Shown here piece by piece: positions 18,447 through 24,969 of a stretch of DNA of 24,969 bases. A model generated the notes under the pieces. The model was not told the origin of the DNA. It saw only the letters and a list, made by a program, of their open reading frames with translations, and searched no databases. Every line of letters starts with the position of its first letter. Positions within the stretch are counted from its first letter, which is position 1. The DNA comes from Candidatus Helarchaeota archaeon (GTDB lineage: Archaea > Asgardarchaeota > Lokiarchaeia > Helarchaeales > RDOG01). The DNA is taken from assembly GCA_029838215.1 (NCBI GenBank), contig JALGVI010000055.1, forward strand, positions 1 through 24,969. The letters are read 5' to 3'. Both the position numbers and the translations under genes were made by a program.

Positions 18447-19490
18447 ATGTTCATTAAAAATCTTGATATTTCAGAATTCAGGGGAATAAAAAAAAGTAAA
18501 AAACCAATCGAACTTTCTCACTTCACAGTTTTAATTGGAAAAAACAATTCTGGCAAATCCTCGATATTAGAAGCATTATCTTTGCTACCTGCCCCTCAAG
18601 TCAACGACTATTTTACGAAAACTAAAAAGATTGAAGCAGTTCAAAAACTTCATAGATCAAATGTAATGGATTATAAATCATTAATCTATTTGTATGCAGG
18701 CTCAGCTTCTCTTAAATACGAATTCAAGCACATTATATCGGACAAATCCAATCTTATTGGGGATTTTGAATATCAAATCTCATTTAAAATCATGGAAAAG
18801 GAAATAAAAATTTGGATTTATAACGAAGAAGTTAGCAAGCGGACTGATGAAGCATTAAAAGAATATTTCAAAATTGGGGAGCAAAAACCCAAGAAATCAT
18901 GGCAATTAACTCCAACATTATCGAGTCTTGTTTTATTCATTCCGAACAATACTTCGATTTTGAGATCATTAGAAGAAAACATGGAAACTCTAAAGGACTC
19001 AATAATGAAAAGTGGTTTTCATGCTAAAATAGCAAAAGACCTAAACGAATGTATCGATGATGAGTATAGTGAAATAGTCTTTTTGACACCGATTTCCATC
19101 AGAAAAGTTTTTCCAAATAGTTCAAACTACATAAAATTAGGCGATCTCGGATCTGGAGCTGAAAGAGCCATTAAAATAATCGCTTTAACCGAAGCCATCA
19201 ATCCAAGACTTCTTTTAATAGATGATTTTGGGGCTGGACTTCATCCTTCTCTGATAAAAATGATGATGAATTGGATGAAAGAAAAAAAATGGCAAACGAT
19301 CATATCAACTCACAGCATTGATGTTTTATACATGTTAGCGGACTTGAAACCAGAAAAAACGACTATCTTGCAGTTAAAGAAATCAAATGAAGATATCTTA
19401 GATTATGTAACCCTAACAATAGACGATTTAGAAGATATACTTGATGCCAATAACGATCCTCGTTTACTAGTTAAAACATTTGATTTATAG
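18447..19490 (+). CDS. ABC-type / AAA_15-21-like ATPase (OLD/AbiEii-like, putative defence or TA)
   Basis: I..FRGIK, Walker A GKNNSGKS, signature LGSG, Walker B LLLIDD...GLHP, H-loop STHS. RBS AAGGAG at 18435-18440 favours ATG 18447. Confidence 0.85.
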   Translation: MFIKNLDISEFRGIKKSKKPIELSHFTVLIGKNNSGKSSILEALSLLPAPQVNDYFTKTKKIEAVQKLHRSNVMDYKSLIYLYAGSASLKYEFKHIISDKSNLIGDFEYQISFKIMEKEIKIWIYNEEVSKRTDEALKEYFKIGEQKPKKSWQLTPTLSSLVLFIPNNTSILRSLEENMETLKDSIMKSGFHAKIAKDLNECIDDEYSEIVFLTPISIRKVFPNSSNYIKLGDLGSGAERAIKIIALTEAINPRLLLIDDFGAGLHPSLIKMMMNWMKEKKWQTIISTHSIDVLYMLADLKPEKTTILQLKKSNEDILDYVTLTIDDLEDILDANNDPRLLVKTFDL

Positions 19491-19516
19491 CTAATTTTAA
19501 GGTTAAGGGGAGAAAT

Positions 19517-19717
19517 TTGAGATTAATAGATGATCCTAAAAATCAAACTCCGTCATATCATGTCATTTCTGGAGACGGTAGAAGCGATATCCGTGTACTT
19601 AGAGGTTTTTGTGACAAGTATAATGGATATGATATAACTTTATATTTTCCAAAGCATCCCGTTGGAAAACAAACTGGATTAAAAGCTTTGAAAGTATATA
19701 AAGAAATGGATATATAA
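19517..19717 (+). pseudogene. Short, probably truncated partner of the ATPase (TOPRIM/DUF3226-like N-terminus)
   Basis: 66 aa with YHVISGDGRSD.RVL, resembling the acidic first-strand motif of ATPase-associated TOPRIM-like proteins. It ends just after the second 16-bp repeat. Family call is from recall only. Confidence 0.45.
19678..19693 (+). repeat. 16-bp direct repeat copy 2, ATTAAAAGCTTTGAAA
   Basis: Identical to 18410-18425; followed immediately by TATATAAA (19695-19702). Confidence 0.8.
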
Positions 19718-19725
19718 TAGTCAAG

Positions 19726-20889
19726 ATGAAAATAAAATCATCACTTTCCGTGAGGGAAGCGGCTGTTAGGCTTGCAGCCGAAAGTTCTATTGGAACTTGG
19801 ACGGATATATCTACGATGAAGCCAGAGATCAGGAAGTTGGCAGCCAAAATCTTCGAAATAAAAGAAGACGTTATAAAAGTAGCATATCCGTTGGATATCT
19901 TTGAGCCCAGCATTCCTCAAATCCTTGCGGATGTCGCAGGTAATATTTTCGGCATGCTTGATGTTGATGAATTACGGATTGAGGATATTATCATTCCAAG
20001 TAAATTTCTCAAACAATTCAGAGGTCCCTCGCACGGGATTGATGGCGTCCGGAATATGATGCAGATCAAGGATAGACCACTGGTAGGGACCATCATTAAA
20101 CCTAAAATTGGGCTTCCTTATAAAGACCATGCCAGAGTTGCATTCGAAGCATGGATTGGAGGGATTGACTTTGTTAAAGATGATGAAAACCTCACGAATC
20201 AATCATTTAATCCCTTTAAAGAACGCGTCATCGAGACTTTACAGGCGCTTGACAGGGTTGAGACTAAAACAGGTGAAAAGAAAAATTATGCAGCAAACAT
20301 ATCTGCTCCATATAATGAAATGCTAGAACGGGCTGATATTCTCAAAGATCATGATGGAAAGTGTGCGATGATCGATGTCATAACTTGTGGATTTTCAGCA
20401 GTTCAAAGTTTCATCACGGAAGAACGTTTTAACTTCATTCTTCACGGACATCGTGCAATGCATGCTGCCATGACGCGAAATCCTAATCACGGAATTCACA
20501 TGAGCATGTTGGCTTTACTATCTCGCATGTGTGGTATGGACCAATTTCACGTTGGTGCGGCTTTTGGAAAGATGGAAGGTGATGTTGAGGAAGTTACAAG
20601 GAACATTCACTCTTGCACGTTTGATTGTGGTTTAAAAAAGACATTTCCTGCCTGTTCGGGCGGCTTGCACCCTCGAGTCATCCCTGACATTATTGAAACT
20701 TTCGGAAAGGACATCATCATTCAAGCCGGCGGTGGAGTTCACGGACATCCAAAGGGAACAACTGCTGGTGCAACGGCAATGAGGCAGGCTGTCGATGCCG
20801 TGATGGATGGCGTTTCACTTGAAACTCATGCAAAAACACACGAAGAATTAGCCGGTGCATTACAAAAATGGAAATCTCAATATTCCTAA
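19726..20889 (+). CDS. rbcL: Form III RuBisCO large subunit, short N-terminus
   Basis: AAESSIGTWT, AGNIFG, GTIIKPKIGL, GGIDFVKDDE (carbamylated Lys151), HGHRAMH, GKMEG, SGGLHP and QAGGGVHGHP. The catalytic set looks complete. Confidence 0.95.
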   Translation: MKIKSSLSVREAAVRLAAESSIGTWTDISTMKPEIRKLAAKIFEIKEDVIKVAYPLDIFEPSIPQILADVAGNIFGMLDVDELRIEDIIIPSKFLKQFRGPSHGIDGVRNMMQIKDRPLVGTIIKPKIGLPYKDHARVAFEAWIGGIDFVKDDENLTNQSFNPFKERVIETLQALDRVETKTGEKKNYAANISAPYNEMLERADILKDHDGKCAMIDVITCGFSAVQSFITEERFNFILHGHRAMHAAMTRNPNHGIHMSMLALLSRMCGMDQFHVGAAFGKMEGDVEEVTRNIHSCTFDCGLKKTFPACSGGLHPRVIPDIIETFGKDIIIQAGGGVHGHPKGTTAGATAMRQAVDAVMDGVSLETHAKTHEELAGALQKWKSQYS

Positions 20890-21813
20890 AGACGTTTAAA
20901 TCTGGAGAATCTTCACGTGAAAAAATATTTGGTCTTCGATTTAGGTGCAAGCTCTGGACGTGCAATGCTTGGCATTTTAGATGATAAACTTCTAAAGCTT
21001 CATGAAATTCATCGTTTTTCTAACAAGGGAATTCGAGTTTTTGATTCTCTCTATTGGGATGTCCTGCATCTTTTTGAAGAGATGAAGATCGGGCTTAAAA
21101 AAGCGGCGGAAAAATACGGATCTCGATTTGATGGTATTTCGACCGATTCTTGGGGCGTTGATTTCGTGCTGCTTGATGAAAACGCAAATTCCGTTGGTTT
21201 TGTTCACCATTATCGAGATAATAGAACGAATGGCATGCTCGACAAAATGCTGAAAGTCGTTTCAAAAAAGGAGATTTTTGAACGAACGGGCATTCAATTC
21301 ATGCAACTCAATACATCTTGTCAATTATATTCGATTGTCAAGGCAAAGGCTCCCCAACTTGCCATCACGAAATCATTTTTAATGATTGCCGATTATTTCA
21401 ACTTCCTTCTCTCCGGTCAAAAATGCCAAGAGCGATCACTGGCCAGCACCACACAGCTATACGAGCCCGTGAAAAAAGAATGGGCACGGGATATCATCGA
21501 AAAACTAAAATTAAAATTCGAGTGGTTTCCAAGACTCGTTGATTCAGGAACGATAATCGGTCCCCTTTTTCCAACAGTCGCGGCTGAGACTGGTGTTGAT
21601 GGGGTGTCTCCGGTCATTGCCTCACTCAGTCATGATACTGCTTGTGCTGTTGCAGCGGTCCCCGTTGAGCAAAATATCAAGACTTGGGCTTTCATAAGTT
21701 CAGGCACGTGGAGTCTCATGGGACTCGAATTGAAGCAACCAATTATTAATGATGCGGTTCTCGACTGCAATTTAACGAATGAAAGCGGAGCATTTGGAAC
21801 CACGCGTTTTCTA

Positions 21814-21829
21814 AAGAACATAAGAACAT
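21814..21829. repeat. Perfect 8-bp tandem duplication AAGAACAT x2 (frameshift 1)
   Basis: Read directly. Confidence 0.97.
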
Positions 21830-22201
21830 TATGGGACTTTGGCTCATTCAAGAATGTAAAAATTTGTGGGAAAGGCGAAATGGTAAAAAAATTTCCTTTG
21901 ATGATATCTCGAAATGGGCTGAAAAAGCCGAACCGTTTAAAACTCATGTTGATCCTGATGATATTGCCTTTTTAAATCCTCCAAACATGATTGAAGCATT
22001 ATTAGATCACGTCGAAGCAAGAAATCAAAAACCGCCAACAGAAATGGGCGAAGTTGCTCGCATGATTTTTGAAGGATTGGCATTTCGTTATCGTGAGGTC
22101 CTCGAACAACTCCAGAAGTTTTCTCCTGACAGAATTGAGAAGATTTATATCGTTGGTGGTGGCTCAAAAAACGAGCTCCTCTGTCAGTTCACCGCCAATG
22201 C

Positions 22202-22227
22202 AACCGGGCTTCCTAACCGGGCTTCCT
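22202..22227. repeat. Perfect 13-bp tandem duplication AACCGGGCTTCCT x2 (frameshift 2)
   Basis: Read directly. Confidence 0.97.
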
Positions 22228-22531
22228 GTCGATGCAGGACCTGCTGAAGCCACGGCAATCGGAAACATCTTGATGCAAGCCATTGCCACGAAACAATTAA
22301 AATCTTTTAAAGAAATGAGAAAGATCGTGCGGAATTCATTCGAAATCAAAACATACCTGCCCAAAAACGTCTCTGAATGGGATGAAATGTATGAAACTCA
22401 CACCTAAAAATCGTTAAAGGAAAACTTCATTAATTATTGAGTAAGATACTTTTATTATTATCTATACATATAAACATCCGTCTAGCTATATTTGAAACAT
22501 TCAAAAATGGTCCGGGCTTAAGTAAAATATC

Positions 22532-23137
22532 ATGTTCATTATTTGTTTTGATCTTGAGGGCGTTTTCACGCCAGAGGTATGGATAAACGTTGCAAAAGAA
22601 ACGGAAATCGATGAACTCAAATTGACAACGCGAGATATTTCCGACTATGATGCTCTAATGAAACAACGACTAAAAATTCTGAAAGAACACGGCATTACCT
22701 TGAAAAACATCCAAGATATCATCTCGAAGATGGAACTACTGCCCGGAGCCCGCGAATTTTTAGATTGGATCAGGACCATTACTCAGGTGTTGATTCTTTC
22801 CGATACTTTCATCGAGTTTGGAATGCCATTCATGAAAAAACTGGGTTATCCCACGCTTCTCTGTCACGACCTTGAAGTTGATGAAAAGGGGATGATCTCA
22901 AATTACCGCCTTCGGATTCGGGACATGAAAAGACAGACCGTGATTGCTCTAAAAAAGATGAATTATGACGTGATTGCCATTGGAGATTCCTATAACGATA
23001 CAGGGATGCTATCAGAAGCAAAACACGGAATACTATTTCGTCCGCCTGAGAGCGTGATTAAAGAATTCCCACAATTTCCTGTCGTTACAGGATATTCTGA
23101 CCTGAAAAATCTCATTTCCAAGTATTTGGAAACTTGA
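22532..23137 (+). CDS. thrH: Phosphoserine phosphatase / homoserine phosphotransferase (HAD)
   Basis: DLEGVFTPEVW...TTRDISDYDALMKQRL...ILSDTF...GDSYNDTGML matches ThrH closely. Confidence 0.92.
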   Translation: MFIICFDLEGVFTPEVWINVAKETEIDELKLTTRDISDYDALMKQRLKILKEHGITLKNIQDIISKMELLPGAREFLDWIRTITQVLILSDTFIEFGMPFMKKLGYPTLLCHDLEVDEKGMISNYRLRIRDMKRQTVIALKKMNYDVIAIGDSYNDTGMLSEAKHGILFRPPESVIKEFPQFPVVTGYSDLKNLISKYLET

Positions 23138-23287
23138 ATTCAAATCAAAACGGATTTATTGGATTTTAAATTCGAAATCTTCTTTGCTTGAATTTGCTAC
23201 TTTTGTAGAGAAGTTATAAAAACTTCATGAAGAAATATTATTTCAGAAACTTTTCCATCAATATTTAATTTATATAGGTGAGATATC

Positions 23288-23809
23288 TTGCCGAAACCGT
23301 TGTGGGCTACTTATATTGACCTGTTGAAGTTACCATTAATGGAGTATAAAAAAGTAAAGGGATTAACGATTAGGAATCCAAAAAATGAGTCCGATTTAAA
23401 GATGTTTGTCCAATTGTTTAATGAGATTTGGGCACCAGCGAAACAAGTCCCTGGTATTACGACCACGGAATTGAGCTTAGATGATGCAAAGGCGATTTCT
23501 GCAGAAAAAATCCTGTTGGCGGAATTGGAGGGAAAAATCGTTGGTTTCCTGGTCGTGAATACTGAAGTCGAAAATGGTGAAAAAATCGGCGTCTACACTC
23601 ACCTTGGAGTAAAAAAAGAATATAGGAAAAAAGGAATCGCATCTGCCTTGACTTTCAAGGGTGGTCAGTATCTCGTTGATAAATATGGCATAACGAAAAT
23701 AAAATCAATCATTCATAGAAGTAATAAAGCGGCAATGGATTTCATAAACTTCATTAAATTCTCAAAAACTGTGGAGGTAGATGAGGATTCCAAGTTGCCG
23801 ATCCCGTGA
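23288..23809 (+). CDS. GNAT-family N-acetyltransferase
   Basis: RBS GGTGA before a TTG start. Motifs LAELEGKIVGF and LGVKKEYRKKGIASAL. Confidence 0.85.
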   Translation: MPKPLWATYIDLLKLPLMEYKKVKGLTIRNPKNESDLKMFVQLFNEIWAPAKQVPGITTTELSLDDAKAISAEKILLAELEGKIVGFLVVNTEVENGEKIGVYTHLGVKKEYRKKGIASALTFKGGQYLVDKYGITKIKSIIHRSNKAAMDFINFIKFSKTVEVDEDSKLPIP

Positions 23810-23825
23810 GCCAAGCTATACTCAC

Positions 23826-24191
23826 TCATTTAACGATTTGTCTTCCCAGCAGAGCAAATCCTTTTTCATGACAAAACTCTTCAATTTGTTGATATGAAGC
23901 ATGAACCGCCATGAACTGATCTATGAGTATGAGGAGAGAGCATTCATCAATGAATCGGGCAATCTTATATTTTGCCAGTTGTTTTTCTATCTCGTCCAAA
24001 TCTCCCGAATCTCCGACAAGGTGCAGGTATAATTCATGTTTTTTTCCTTTGACCTGCTCCAGTTCATAGTCATATTCCTTGTTTTTTGGCGTGCCGGGCT
24101 TCTTGCAAGGAGGGTTTTTGAATATGTTTTTAAAATACCCGTACATCCACGCTTCCCCATACGAAAGTAAGTATTTTCGATGTTCAAGCAC
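23826..24191 (-). CDS. Hypothetical protein
   Basis: 121 aa, GTG start preceded by GGTGA on the minus strand. Confidence 0.7.
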   Translation of the reverse strand: MLEHRKYLLSYGEAWMYGYFKNIFKNPPCKKPGTPKNKEYDYELEQVKGKKHELYLHLVGDSGDLDEIEKQLAKYKIARFIDECSLLILIDQFMAVHASYQQIEEFCHEKGFALLGRQIVK

Positions 24192-24248
24192 TCAATCACC
24201 AGGGAACCAGTTTAGGATTTTCTTAGAAACAGAGAATTAAATCATTTA

Positions 24249-24587
24249 TCATTTAGTCTGTGATTTTATAGTGTCTTCAAGTGCCTTTAAGCGTTTCTGA
24301 CACAATTCGTGTTTCAGGCTCTTTAGACTATTTAAATCTCCAAGATCCTTGATCTGGATCTGTTTGGGTGTCATGTGAAATATTTCAAAACCGGGAAGCA
24401 TTTTCAAGATGTCTTTCAATTGCTCGTAAAGTTCCATTGAGAATTCCGAAAATTTCAATTGAAAATCTGTCTTGCCCGCAATGTACAATTCAATCATGAC
24501 CTTTCTGAGTTGTGCAGCGTCTTCTACTGAGAAGCACTCGAGTTCATCCATGTTGTCTTCCCATTCATCTTGCACGCTTTTCATCAT
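24249..24587 (-). CDS. Hypothetical protein
   Basis: 112-aa acidic ORF, co-oriented with 23826-24191. Confidence 0.7.
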   Translation of the reverse strand: MMKSVQDEWEDNMDELECFSVEDAAQLRKVMIELYIAGKTDFQLKFSEFSMELYEQLKDILKMLPGFEIFHMTPKQIQIKDLGDLNSLKSLKHELCQKRLKALEDTIKSQTK

Positions 24588-24934
24588 GATCTAAACCCTT
24601 TTCTCATCAAGCAAAGAGGATAATTAACCTAAACTCGATTAGAACTCATTAGTAATAAGAACCAAAATCAAGAAGGCAAGTGAAACCATTGCTATTTAAA
24701 ACTTAGTATAAAGAATCAAACAGATCAGAAGAAAACAATTTTTTTTATGCTAACCTTTTATATACAAGTAAGCTTTTCAAAATATCTTTCTAAGATTTAC
24801 ACGATCATGATAAAAACAATGATACGAAATCTGTCAAAAATGAATTGGTTCATTAAAAACTGGTTGATCATGTAATTTGTTCTAAATAAATTGATTATTT
24901 TGATCGTTATATATAATTTTATAATGATATTGCC

Positions 24935-24969
24935 ATGGATCGTGATTTCAGAAAATTAAAGATTTTTTC
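24935..24969 (+). CDS. Possible start of a CDS running off the window (MDRDFRKLKIF...)
   Basis: ATG ~20 nt after TTATATAT (24907-24914). Only 11 codons are visible. Confidence 0.25.
   Translation, partial: MDRDFRKLKIF

Larger units (their letters stand above)
20917..22407 (+). pseudogene. rhaB: Rhamnulokinase-like FGGY carbohydrate kinase, frameshifted twice
   Basis: DLGASSGR, DSWGVDF, SHDTACAV, SSGTWSL, TNESG, IVGGGSKN. Removing one copy each of the 8-bp and 13-bp tandem duplications restores RFLKNIMGLWLIQEC and ANATGLPVDAGPAEATAIGN and gives a continuous 489-aa ORF. Confidence 0.9.

Noticed and set aside
21830-22227. Compensating frameshifts (8+13 = 21 bp restores the original frame)
   Set aside because: The intervening frame stops at 21973-21975, so no full-length product results; frame restoration is a 1-in-3 coincidence.
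24600-24969. AT-rich region with five GATC sites as a replication origin or methylation-controlled locus
   Set aside because: GATC is common throughout the window, no ORB-like repeats or cdc6 are visible, and the region is cut by the window edge.

Overview
AT-rich archaeal window (GGAGG/GGTGA RBS motifs, TATA boxes, T-tract terminators), most likely from an Asgard archaeon. The lineage is inferred from a selenocysteine-type HdrA with a eukaryote-style SECIS plus a form III RuBisCO. Left to right: a cellulase-like glycoside hydrolase (5'-partial); a GxGYxYP surface protein fused to a polytopic membrane domain; a membrane protein with a (PE)26 rod and a Lys-rich tail; a GNAT; and an hdrD-like / long hdrA-like / mvhD / hdrA operon. 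The ORF track splits the last hdrA into pieces, but it reads as one 648-aa ORF with two in-frame UGA codons at conserved Cys positions, followed by an AUGA/GA SECIS-like hairpin. Next come a HEPN-MNT pair, an Ntn-amidase (C45 / acid-ceramidase-like) + sphingosine-1-phosphate-lyase-like operon, an RHH-aspartyl protease fusion bracketed by a ~62-bp direct repeat, and a hypothetical protein. These are followed by an ABC/AAA ATPase + short partner bracketed by a 16-bp repeat, RuBisCO with a short N-terminus, a rhamnulokinase-family kinase broken by two perfect tandem duplications, thrH, a GNAT and two hypotheticals. No rRNA, tRNA, CRISPR array or transposase was seen. All assignments come from manual motif reading; no searches were run.
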